A model generated the notes under the pieces. The model was not told where the DNA came from. It did no database searches and saw nothing but the letters and a program-made list of their open reading frames with translations. From NCBI GenBank assembly GCA_963920595.1, contig OY986947.1, forward strand, positions 3,906,001 to 3,970,000: DNA of 64,000 bases. The letters are read 5' to 3'. Source of the DNA: Eimeria praecox (lineage: Eukaryota). The position numbers and the translations under genes are program-made. The first letter of the stretch is position 1. Each line of letters opens with the position of its first letter. Positions 31,455 to 43,199 of the stretch are shown one piece after another.

Positions 31455-34400
31455 ATGAAGAAACTCTTGAGCAGGACAATGGGCAAGCCTCAAGGTAGCA
31501 GTGGGGGAGATGGAGCCAAAGGCCCCAATAGGGCTGGGTCCATGCCTGTTCCTCGCTGGCAGTCCTCTCGGCAAGACTCGTTAGCTAGTGAAGTTCCTCA
31601 GACCAAGGATGCAGAAACAGCCAGTTCTCTCCCCAGCACCCAGAGGGGTCCACTTGGCCGTAAGAATTCGAATTCGAAGAGACCTGCATGAATGTTCTAG
31701 CATTAGAGGGAATACTTACTTCAATGCGTGCCATATTTTCGTAGGCGAGGTTCCATAAGTGCCAGGATTCTTTCCAGCGTCATCAGTGAGAAATCCATGA
31801 TGCTTTTGCGTGCGCAGCATGCACTAGCGAGCACTGCCAGGCCCTGGTGGCGAGGCTTCAGCATCAAGTGCAGAATCTTCGAGAAGAAAAGTCCCAACTG
31901 GAGTCGTTGATCTTTATGCAACAACAGACTATCCACCAAATCGATCGGGTGAGTTTCAACGCTGCGAATTTCAATGTTCTTAAAGGTGGGCAGGGAACGT
32001 GGCTTCAGTGGCCATGCAGGTACTCAAGGGAAGTGATTTGTCCATGCAGTGGTCCTGTACCTGCAGGATGGGCGCACCTCCGAAGAGGGGGCCAAACGCC
32101 AGTTGGAGGTGCAGCAGCGACTTGCCAGTGTACTGCAGGATGAAAAGGCAAGTCTCAGTTGAGTCCTAAGAGCCCCTGACCGCGCATTTACCTAAAGGTG
32201 GCGTAGTCCAGCTGCTTCATTCAGTAACGACGATGAGCCAACAATGCCTCTCCGGCTTCATAGTAGAGGCCTTATGGTCTAGTTGCGGACTACCTGTAGT
32301 GATAGATGGCACCTGTCGCGTTGCTGAGGACGTAGCCTCCTTCCTTTGCTTGGACCCTACTCTTTTCTTCACAAAGCCGTTTTTTCAAGAATGCAGAGAC
32401 ACATAGTTAGTTGATTTGTTTCAGCGCACAGGGCTCTTAAACAGTTCAGCAAGCCAGTTTCGAATATAGGCGAATATGCGTACTGGAATGCACATCAGGT
32501 GTCCATGGAGGACAAGCTGAAGACTTCAGCAGATGCAATTCAGCGGCTCAATGAGCATATTGTAAGCAAAAGCCGGCACTGACTTCTTGGAGTTGAGTGG
32601 GCGAGCACACAACGCGTGAAGAGGCTCACCAGCCATTCTGTGTGCGAGCTGCACTCTCTGTCTCATGTGGACTGTGCGGCACAATTCAGGCCGACTTGAG
32701 GAAGCTCTTGGATACGAAGGACAAGGAAGTTCAGGAGCTGCGCTATGAGGTTGAAGATTTGCGAAGGGCAAAAACACAAGCCGCAGAGCTTGCAGCAGTC
32801 AGCCATGGTTTCAGCAGGAACAGCATTACACCCACTAGGCATCGTGTGAAGCACTGCTGTTGCACTATCCGGCATTCCATAATGAAAGCGCGTCGGTCTG
32901 CAAGTTTCACAGATGTCCACATCTTTGTGAATGCCTACGCTGTTGCAGAAAGAGACAGAGAAGCTCGCACGAGCAAAAGCGGAAATCGAAGAGCTTACAG
33001 GCCGCTTGCAAGCATCAGGGCGGCAACAGGTAAAGTCAAAGTCCTTCGTACACCTTGGGGCTCCCGAGGAGCTTGCATCCTTGGCAGCACGCCATGTAAA
33101 TGTCTCCGCAAGCACCATATGCCGCCGCAAGCACCATATTGGTCATGAGTAGCACCAGCAGGCTCCTCAACATCCCCATCTGCCTGCCTGCCTTAGCGTC
33201 CCACAGCAGTTGGTAGCTGCTTCAGTGTTTGCGCAGTAGTGAATTCTGCCCTGTGCATACACAAATTGGGGCCAAATAAACTCTCCAGCGATGCACGCTA
33301 GGACGCTTCAAACATATCATGCAGTTTTTACATTCAATGACGTTGAATGCATCCCAGCCTCACCATATGCCACAGATATTCCAATGCGAGACGCGATACC
33401 CTCCTAGGTGGTGCGCGACTGCAACGTGCATTCAACCATAGCTGCTTCTCCTGAATAGCCTTGCATGTCGCAGTAGGTGTTAGGCGCTTTTTGCGGTGCG
33501 TGCGGCCTGACTGAAGCGCTTGGGCTGCGATACTGGCATGGTTGCAATTTGCGATTGCTCAAGCGTGTGTGCATCTCCGGTGTAATGTCCACTTGTGTGT
33601 ATGCGTTGGTTTGTTGCAGTCGGAATTGGTGGGCGAGCTTGCTGAGAAGGAGGAGGCTGTGCTGAGTTTGAAACGCCAGCTGACAGAAATACAGGAGCAA
33701 GCAGAGGTGAGGCGCTATAGTTGCTTATTTTTCTGTGCGTGTGCGGGTAGGGCAGCATGAAAGCTTTTTGCTTCGGCGCTTGAGGGGGGATGGTGTGTTG
33801 ATGTTGAGGCAGCGGTGGGATGTGTCGAATTGCAGGAATCAGTGAAGGAGAAAGATGAACAGTTGGATAATTTGCGGAGGAGTTTGGCAGACCTTCGAGA
33901 TAAGGCGGAAAGGGCGGAGCCATTGTTACGTCTTGGTTCTCCCGACACTCTGCAGTCGTTGGTGACTAAAAACGTGAGTGTGTTGGAGGTGGCGGATTGG
34001 GGCAGGAGCTTGTTTCGTGCGTGGGGTAGGATGTCCAGTTGGTTTGAACTCAGTGCTGAATATGTTGGTAGACACAGAACGCTTCGTGTGAGTGGGCAAC
34101 AAAGTTGAGGGGATAAGGTTAACCGATCTTTGCATGTCGCAGTAGGTGTTAGGCGTTTTTTTGCGGTGCGTGCGGCCTGACTGAAGCGCTTGGGCTGCGA
34201 TACTGGCATGGTTGCAATTTGCGATTGCTCAAGCGTGTGTGCATCTCCGGTGTAATGTCCACTTGTGTGTATGCGTTGGTTTGTTGCAGTCGGAATTGGT
34301 GGGCGAGCTTGCTGAGAAGGAGGAGGCTGTGCTGAGTTTGAAACGCCAGCTGACAGAAATACAAGAGCAAGCACAGGTGAGGCGCTATAGTTGCTTATTT

Positions 34401-37400
34401 TTCTGTGCGTGTGCGGGTAGGGCAGCATGAAAGCTTTTTGCTTCGGCGCTTGAGGGGGGATGGTGTGTTGATGTTGAGGCAGCGGTGGGATGTGTCGAAT
34501 TGCAGGAATCAGTGAAGGAGAAAGATGAACAGTTGGATAATTTGCGGAGGAGTTTGGCAGACCTTCGAGATAAGGCGGAAAGGGCGGAGCCATTGTTACG
34601 TCTTGGTTCTCCCGACACTCTGCAGTCGTTGGTGACTAAAAACGTGAGTGTGTTGGAGGTGGCGGATTGGGGCAGGAGCTTGTTTCGTGCGTGGGGTAGG
34701 ATGTCCAGTTGGTTTGAACTCAGTGCTGAATATGTTGGTAGACACAGAACGCTTCGTGTGAGTGGGCAACAAAGTTGAGGGGATAAGGTTAACCGATCTT
34801 TGCATGTCGCAGTAGGTGTTAGGCGTTTTTTTGCGGTGCGTGCGGCCTGACTGAAGCGCTTGGGCTGCGATACTGGCATGGTTGCAATTTGCGATTGCTC
34901 AAGCGTGTGTGCATCTCCGGTGTAATGTCCACTTGTGTGTATGCGTTGGTTTGTTGCAGTCGGAATTGGTGGGCGAGCTTGCTGAGAAGGAGGAGGCTGT
35001 GCTGAGTTTGAAACGCCAGCTGACAGAAATACAAGAGCAAGCACAGGTGAGGCGCTATAGTTGCTTATTTTTCTGTGCGTGTGCGGGTACGGCAGCATGA
35101 AAACGTTTTGCTTCGGCGCTTGAGGGGGGATGGTGTGTTGATGTTGAGGCAGCGGTGGGATGTGTCGAATTGCAGGAATCAGTGAAGGAGAAAGATGAAC
35201 AGTTGGATAATTTGCGGAGGAGTTTGGCAGACCTTCGAGATAAGGCGGAAAGGGCGGAGCCATTGTTACGTCTTGGTTCTCCCGACACTCTGCAGTCGTT
35301 GGTGACTAAAAACGTGAGTGTGTTGGAGGTGGCGGATTGGGGCAGGAGCTTGTTTCGTGCGTGGGGTAGGATGTCCAGTTGGTTTGAACTCAGTGCTGAA
35401 TATGTTGGTAGACACAGAACGCTTCGTGTGAGTGGGCAACAAAGTTGAGGGGATAAGGTTAACCGATCTTTGCATGTCGCAGTAGGTGTTAGGCGTTTTT
35501 TTGCGGTGCTTGCGGCCTGACTGAAGCGCTTGGGCTGCGATACTGGCATGGTTGCAATTTGCGATTGCTCAAGCGTGTGTGCATCTCCGGTGTAATGTCC
35601 ACTTGTGTGTATGCGTTGGTTTGTTGCAGTCGGAATTGGTGGGCGAGCTTGCTGAGAAGGAGGAGGCTGTGCTGAGTTTGAAACGCCAGCTGACAGAAAT
35701 ACAAGAGCAAGCACAGGTGAGGCGCTATAGTTGCTTATTTTTCTGTGCGTGTGCGGGTAGGGCAGCATGAAAGCTTTTTGCTTCGGCGCTTGAGGGGGGA
35801 TGGTGTGTTGATGTTGAGGCAGCGGTGGGATGTGTCGAATTGCAGGAATCAGTGAAGGAGAAAGATGAACAGTTGGATAATTTGCGGAGGAGTTTGGCAG
35901 ACCTTCGAGATAAGGCGGAAAGGGCGGAGCCATTGTTACGTCTTGGTTCTCCCGACACTCTGCAGTCGTTGGTGACTAAAAACGTGAGTGTGTTGGAGGT
36001 GGCGGATTGGGGCAGGAGCTTGTTTCGTGCGTGGGGTAGGATGTCCAGTTGGTTTGAACTCAGTGCTGAATATGTTGGTAGACACAGAACGCTTCGTGTG
36101 AGTGGGCAACAAAGTTGAGGGGATAAGGTTAACCGATCTTTGCATGTCGCAGTAGGTGTTAGGCGTTTTTTTGCGGTGCGTGCGGCCTGACTGAAGCGCT
36201 TGGGCTGCGATACTGGCATGGTTGCAATTTGCGATTGCTCAAGCGTGTGTGCATCTCCGGTGTAATGTCCACTTGTGTGTATGCGTTGGTTTGTTGCAGT
36301 CGGAATTGGTGGGCGAGCTTGCTGAGAAGGAGGAGGCTGTGCTGAGTTTGAAACGCCAGCTGACAGAAATACAAGAGCAAGCACAGGTGAGGCGCTATAG
36401 TTGCTTATTTTTCTGTGCGTGTGCGGGTAGGGCAGCATGAAAGCTTTTTGCTTCGGCGCTTGAGGGGGGATGGTGTGTTGATGTTGAGGCAGCGGTGGGA
36501 TGTGTCGAATTGCAGGAATCAGTGAAGGAGAAAGATGAACAGTTGGATAATTTGCGGAGGAGTTTGGCAGACCTTCGAGATAAGGCGGAAAGGGCGGAGC
36601 CATTGTTACGTCTTGGTTCTCCCGACACTCTGCAGTCGTTGGTGACTAAAAACGTGAGTGTGTTGGAGGTGGCGGATTGGGGCAGGAGCTTGTTTCGTGC
36701 GTGGGGTAGGATGTCCAGTTGGTTTGAACTCAGTGCTGAATATGTTGGTAGACACAGAACGCTTCGTGTGAGTGGGCAACAAAGTTGAGGGGATAAGGTT
36801 AACCGATCTTTGCATGTCGCAGTAGGTGTTAGGCGTTTTTTTGCGGTGCGTGCGGCCTGACTGAAGCGCTTGGGCTGCGATACTGGCATGGTTGCAATTT
36901 GCGATTGCTCAAGCGTGTGTGCATCTCCGGTGTAATGTCCACTTGTGTGTATGCGTTGGTTTGTTGCAGTCGGAATTGGTGGGCGAGCTTGCTGAGAAGG
37001 AGGAGGCTGTGCTGAGTTTGAAACGCCAGCTGACAGAAATACAAGAGCAAGCACAGGTGAGGCGCTATAGTTGCTTATTTTTCTGTGCGTGTGCGGGTAG
37101 GGCAGCATGAAAGCTTTTTGCTTCGGCGCTTGAGGGGGGATGGTGTGTTGATGTTGAGGCAGCGGTGGGATGTGTCGAATTGCAGGAATCAGTGAAGGAG
37201 AAAGATGAACAGTTGGATAATTTGCGGAGGAGTTTGGCAGACCTTCGAGATAAGGCGGAAAGGGCGGAGCCATTGTTACGTCTTGGTTCTCCCGACACTC
37301 TGCAGTCGTTGGTGACTAAAAACGTGAGTGTGTTGGAGGTGGCGGATTGGGGCAGGAGCTTGTTTCGTGCGTGGGGTAGGATGTCCAGTTGGTTTGAACT

Positions 37401-40400
37401 CAGTGCTGAATATGTTGGTAGACACAGAACGCTTCGTGTGAGTGGGCAACAAAGTTGAGGGGATAAGGTTAACCGATCTTTGCATGTCGCAGTAGGTGTT
37501 AGGCGTTTTTTTGCGGTGCGTGCGGCCTGACTGAAGCGCTTGGGCTGCGATACTGGCATGGTTGCAATTTGCGATTGCTCAAGCGTGTGTGCATCTCCGG
37601 TGTAATGTCCACTTGTGTGTATGCGTTGGTTTGTTGCAGTCGGAATTGGTGGGCGAGCTTGCTGAGAAGGAGGAGGCTGTGCTGAGTTTGAAACGCCAGC
37701 TGACAGAAATACAGGAGCAAGCACAGGTGAGGCGCTATAGTTGCTTATTTTTCTGTGCGTGTGCGGGTACGGCAGCATGAAAGCTTTTTGCTTCGGCGCT
37801 TGAGGGGGGATGGTGTGTTGATGCTGAAGGAACGGTGGGATGTGTCGAATTGCAGGAATCAGTGAAGGAGAAAGATGAACAGTTGGATAATTTGCGGAGG
37901 AGTTTGGCAGACCTTCGAGATAAGGCGGAAAGGGCGGAGCCATTGTTACGTCTTGGTTCTCCCGACACTCTGCAGTCGTTGGTGACTAAAAACGTGAGTG
38001 TGTTGGAGGTGGCGGATTGGGGCAGGAGCTTGTTTCGTGCGTGGGGTAGGATGTCCAGTTGGTTTGAACTCAGTGCTGAATATGTTGGTAGACACAGAAC
38101 GCTTCGTGTGAGTGGGCAACAAAGTTGAGGGGATAAGGTTAACCGATCTTTGCATGTCGCAGTAGGTGTTAGGCGTTTTTTTGCGGTGCGTGCGGCCTGA
38201 CTGAAGCGCTTGGGCTGCGATACTGGCATGGTTGCAATTTGCGATTGCTCAAGCGTGTGTGCATCTCCGGTGTAATGTCCACTTGTGTGTATGCGTTGGT
38301 TTGTTGCAGTCGGAATTGGTGGGCGAGCTTGCTGAGAAGGAGGAGGCTGTGCTGAGTTTGAAACGCCAGCTGACAGAAATACAAGAGCAAGCACAGGTGA
38401 GGCGCTATAGTTGCTTATTTTTCTGTGCGTGTGCGGGTAGGGCAGCATGAAAGCTTTTTGCTTCGGCGCTTGAGGGGGGATGGTGTGTTGATGTTGAGGC
38501 AGCGGTGGGATGTGTCGAATTGCAGGAATCAGTGAAGGAGAAAGATGAACAGTTGGATAATTTGCGGAGGAGTTTGGCAGACCTTCGAGATAAGGCGGAA
38601 AGGGCGGAGCCATTGTTACGTCTTGGTTCTCCCGACACTCTGCAGTCGTTGGTGACTAAAAACGTGAGTGTGTTGGAGGTGGCGGATTGGGGCAGGAGCT
38701 TGTTTCGTGCGTGGGGTAGGATGTCCAGTTGGTTTGAACTCAGTGCTGAATATGTTGGTAGACACAGAACGCTTCGTGTGAGTGGGCAACAAAGTTGAGG
38801 GGATAAGGTTAACCGATCTTTGCATGTCGCAGTAGGTGTTAGGCGTTTTTTTGCGGTGCGTGCGGCCTGACTGAAGCGCTTGGGCTGCGATACTGGCATG
38901 GTTGCAATTTGCGATTGCTCAAGCGTGTGTGCATCTCCGGTGTAATGTCCACTTGTGTGTATGCGTTGGTTTGTTGCAGTCGGAATTGGTGGGCGAGCTT
39001 GCTGAGAAGGAGGAGGCTGTGCTGAGTTTGAAACGCCAGCTGACAGAAATACAGGAGCAAGCACAGGTGAGGCGCTATAGTTGCTTATTTTTCTGTGCGT
39101 GTGCGGGTACGGCAGCATGAAAGCTTTTTGCTTCGGCGCTTGAGGGGGGATGGTGTGTTGATGCTGAAGGAACGGTGGGATGTGTCGAATTGCAGGAATC
39201 AGTGAAGGAGAAAGATGAACAGTTGGATAATTTGCGGAGGAGTTTGGCAGACCTTCGAGATAAGGCGGAAAGGGCGGAGCCATTGTTACGTCTTGGTTCT
39301 CCCGACACTCTGCAGTCGTTGGTGACTAAAAACGTGAGTGTGTTGGAGGTGGCGGATTGGGGCAGGAGCTTGTTTCGTGCGTGGGGTAGGATGTCCAGTT
39401 GGTTTGAACTCAGTGCTGAATATGTTGGTAGACACAGAACGCTTCGTGTGAGTGGGCAACAAAGTTGAGGGGATAAGGTTAACCGATCTTTGCATGTCGC
39501 AGTAGGTGTTAGGCGTTTTTTTGCGGTGCTTGCGGCCTGACTGAAGCGCTTGGGCTGCGATACTGGCATGGTTGCAATTTGCGATTGCTCAAGCGTGTGT
39601 GCATCTCCGGTGTAATGTCCACTTGTGTGTATGCGTTGGTTTGTTGCAGTCGGAATTGGTGGGCGAGCTTGCTGAGAAGGAGGAGGCTGTGCTGAGTTTG
39701 AAACGCCAGCTGACAGAAATACAGGAGCAAGCAGAGGTGAGGCGCTATAGTTGCTTATTTTTCTGTGCGTGTGCGGGTAGGGCAGCATGAAAACTTTTTG
39801 CTTCGGCGCTTGAGGGGGGATAGTGTGTTGATGCTGAAGGAACGGTGGGATGTGTCGAATTTCAGGAATCAGTGAAGGAGAAAGATGAACAGTTGGATAA
39901 TTTGCGGAGGAGTTTGGCAGACCTTCGAGATAAGGCGGAAAGGGCAGAGCCTTTGTTGGGTCTTGAGTCCTGCGAGAAGCTGGAGTTAGTAGATAAAAGT
40001 GTGAGTACGGCTGGCTGTTTGACTCTTATTCTGTTGGTGTGTGGCGTATCGTTTTTTTATGGCACTCGAGGTGTTAGTTGGACAGGAGGTAGTTGTTTAT
40101 TGTTGTGTTTGGGAGCAATCACAGTTTTGGTTAGTGAAGGCTGGCTGCAGTTCCAGGTAATCGAGCTGGCGCGTTGCGTACGTGCTTACTTGTATGGCTA
40201 GCGCTGGCAGCTGGCGTTCTGGGAGCTGGAGGAAGTGTAAAACTCTCCTTCATGAGGAGCCACAGCCCTCGGCATTTGGGATAGATCATTTGCGCGAACT
40301 GCAGACAGTGTAGTGCGATGCTGATAATCTGATTATTAACTGCGCATTCGCTGCACACTTTGAGCATTTTACCACTGAGTTGTCCATTATTCAGGCTTTG

Positions 40401-41111
40401 AAAGAACCGTTCAAATTGGCGAATGAGCCCTTTTTGTCACCAAAGTTGGACATGAATGGAGAGGGCAGTCATTATGAAGCTATCGACGTAAGAAAGCTTC
40501 GTTTAACTTTTTCATGGTTGAGTGGAAGCTGGGAAGACTAGCATCTAGCCTGTGGATAGGTACTGTTTGCCTTTAGAAGTATATGTATGGCTGCGTTTGT
40601 GCATATATGATAGGCACAGAAGCATGACACCTGCAATGCAGCTCGTGTTCGAGCTCTGCATGTGGGAAAGGATGCACTCCAGGACAGCGTGGTAGAGCGA
40701 AGCATCAGGCCCCAAAGGGAAACGCTGGAGATGGCTCAAAACGCGGAACTTCTCAAGGAGGCCCGTGATAGGGAGAAGCTGCTGTATCAGCAGCTTCAGC
40801 AAGTCCAGTGCGACCATGAAACACTGAAAAAGGAGAATCAAACGCTTAAGCATGCGCTAATGAATACTGCCCAGGAATCTGTTGATAAGGAGGATGCAAT
40901 TCTGAGGGACAAAAGGGAATTCGATGCACTTCGGAAGCAGCTGGAGAACGCAACCCGCAACGCTCAAGACTGCAGATATTTGGCCCAGATGGAAAGAGAG
41001 AGGCGCATTGCCCAAGTTACGCAGCTGAAAGCTCAGCTCGCAAAATGGCAGAGGATGTTTTGCCACCAGGATATCAGTGCTGGCATGGAACAGTACGCCA
41101 TAGGCAGTTGA
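31455..41111 (+). CDS. Long coiled-coil protein (~1145 aa, ~28 exons) containing 10 tandem 75-aa repeats
   Basis: Exons 31455-31659, 31818-31948, 32067-32147 (GC donor), 32499-32561, 32690-32797 and 32949-33029. Then exon A (87 nt, 33620-33706) and exon B (138 nt, 33836-33973) repeat every 670 bp to 40000, followed by 40395-40487 and 40683-41111. The spliced frame is open with heptad-rich E/K/L/Q sequence. Confidence 0.78.
33460..39955 (+). repeat. Tandem array of a 670-bp unit, ~9.7 copies, near-identical
   Basis: Identical ORF translations recur at exact 670-bp offsets (33815, 34485 ... 39845). Only a few substitutions distinguish the copies. Confidence 0.98.
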
Positions 41112-43199
41112 CACACTAACACTAGTTGAAGCACTTTTATGGGGATTTTGAATTTCAGAACAGCATGGGCGTATTTTGTTCAGTGCGGTACCGTAGTTCT
41201 GTTAAATTTGTTTAATGTATGATGAACGCAGGACAGAGGTCAAAAGGCCCCCTGGTGACGGAATTCACGTATCTTCCGAAGAACAAAATACGTTTCTTTT
41301 CGGCACAACTAGAAGACGCCGAGATCTCCTAGCAGAGCTGGGGTTATGTTCTGTTGACCATAGTGGAACTGAATCTTCGAAGCTTGCTTCCAAGCAACCT
41401 TCGGGAAGATCGGCACGTGGCAGCGTAACGCAGTTAGTGCATATAGTTGGCCCTCGTACAATCAAAAATGTGCTGCTAGAGCCCCCTTGTGACTCGGTCC
41501 TCAAGGCTGTGGACGTTTTGAAGCATCGACCATGAGAGAACCAGAACAACTGGCAGGACAGCCTTAGCGAAACGTTGCTACAGAGCTGGAGGTGTGCAGG
41601 GTGGTGCAGAAGCTAAAATTGTATGCATTAACTGAGCTACTTCAGCTGATACGGCTCCATTTAAAACTAGCAGAGGCTTTATGGCTTTGAATGTCGCTTT
41701 TCGCTACAGGTGTCCAGCCAGTTCCTCACTTATAAGCGGAACGCTGACCCGAAACAAATTACTCAACTGGGAGCTGGCCTGCGGTGCTTCTGCGGAGGCC
41801 ACGGAGAAGTGGCGGTCTTTAAGGTTCGCACAGCCACAGCGCGAGTGAAAGGGCAGCGATAATTTGACCCGCAGGGATACAATGATTCATGCGCGCCTTG
41901 TAAATTGCAACGAATTGGTTTCAATGCATTGCGCACCATTGGGCAGTGTTCTGTAGGGCAGTAATGATTTGAGCAGGGGTCCTATCGGAGATTATAATGA
42001 GAATCTTCACTCTACGAGGAAGACCCCCGTGAGCTGCAGTAGAGTTAAAATTCTTGGGATTTTTCATAAAGCAGCTGGCCTACCATGCAGTCTCGATGCA
42101 CCCAGAGTATAGCGGTACAAAGGAGGGGAGGGGAGCTGCAATCAGTTCTATCACGCCTTGCCTAAACTCGTGGTATAGAACAACCAAGCATGCAAGCATG
42201 CTCAACTGCCCTTTTGATGCGTGCACAGGGCCGTAGGGAATCGTTAAGCGTTCGCTTGGTCCGAAGTGTCCAGCATGAACGAAGGTAGGAGTAGACGTAG
42301 TTACTTCAGAGAAGTCATAATGCATCTGCCCTCCTCTCGTATGGTTCGCTGTGACACTGAGGGTGGCACCAACGGTGGGGAAAGAAAGCACCAGAGTGCT
42401 CAGAGGCCTGCATGCAGAAAACGAAAATAAACACTACGAAAGGAAACTGAGGGCAACGGTTGCTTGAATTTCTTCTTTTCGGTGTTGCTGCCGCCGATTT
42501 TCACCACGCTGTGGAAAGCCAGCCCAGCGGTGTGGCAACTGGATATGTACAAAACTTTGAGCATTGTGCTTGCACAAGAACTTGTTAAATGGCGGCAACA
42601 CAACCTACGACCAATGCATACTGAAGTGCCGCAAGCTACTACTACTACTAGGGATCTACATTTGCTATTGGGGAAGCAGGATGATGGTGGCTATATGTAA
42701 GCAAAGGCCAGGCTTTCTCAGAGCACACCAGAACCACGCAAATTGTTCCTCTTCGGACCAGTGAGCTGGCTTACATAGCGGGCTTGCACTTGACGTGGAA
42801 ATGCCACCATGGTATTACAGTGTCTTGGTTTTCTCAAAAGGTTCAGGGGATCACCGAAACTTCGCCGAACATTCAGCACACAGGGACAGCAACATTGCAA
42901 CGGAAAGGATTAACTATAGAGGGCGGGTATCCTAACCACGCTTGTATTGACCAACTACCATACCATCACTGCCGAAAACGCTGCTACGTTTTGTTTGAGG
43001 CTGGAGCCCCCCGCTTTGGGGGCTGATGGGCCCCGCTCATGAATGGGCCCTCCGTTCTAGCAGCATCACCCGGTCTATTCTCTTCTTTGTTTGGATGCCT
43101 GCACAAAAAGACGCTCAGAATCAATGCGAACGGCAAGAAACCTATCATTTGTTAGTGAGCACGCATTTGGTTGGTCCCGCTGTAGCGAACAGCGGGTCT

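Noticed and set aside
31394..31494. Alternative first exon (MQQVANPYFYG...) for the coiled-coil gene
   Set aside because: Its phase-2 donor gives an immediate stop when joined to the 31818 acceptor, whereas the 31455-31659 exon joins in frame.
33715..39788. Repeated 292-aa antisense ORFs as a tandem gene family
   Set aside because: They are antisense to well-formed phase-0 exons and have Pro/Ser/His-rich shadow composition. They recur only because the DNA unit repeats.
33460..39955. CRISPR array or rDNA/snRNA tandem cluster
   Set aside because: No unique spacers, a eukaryotic context and no recognisable RNA gene motifs. The unit is explained by exon-intron structure.
41950..43150. Protein-coding gene or integrase remnant
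   Set aside because: Short broken ORFs without diagnostic motifs I could defend. Probably decayed element sequence, left unassigned.
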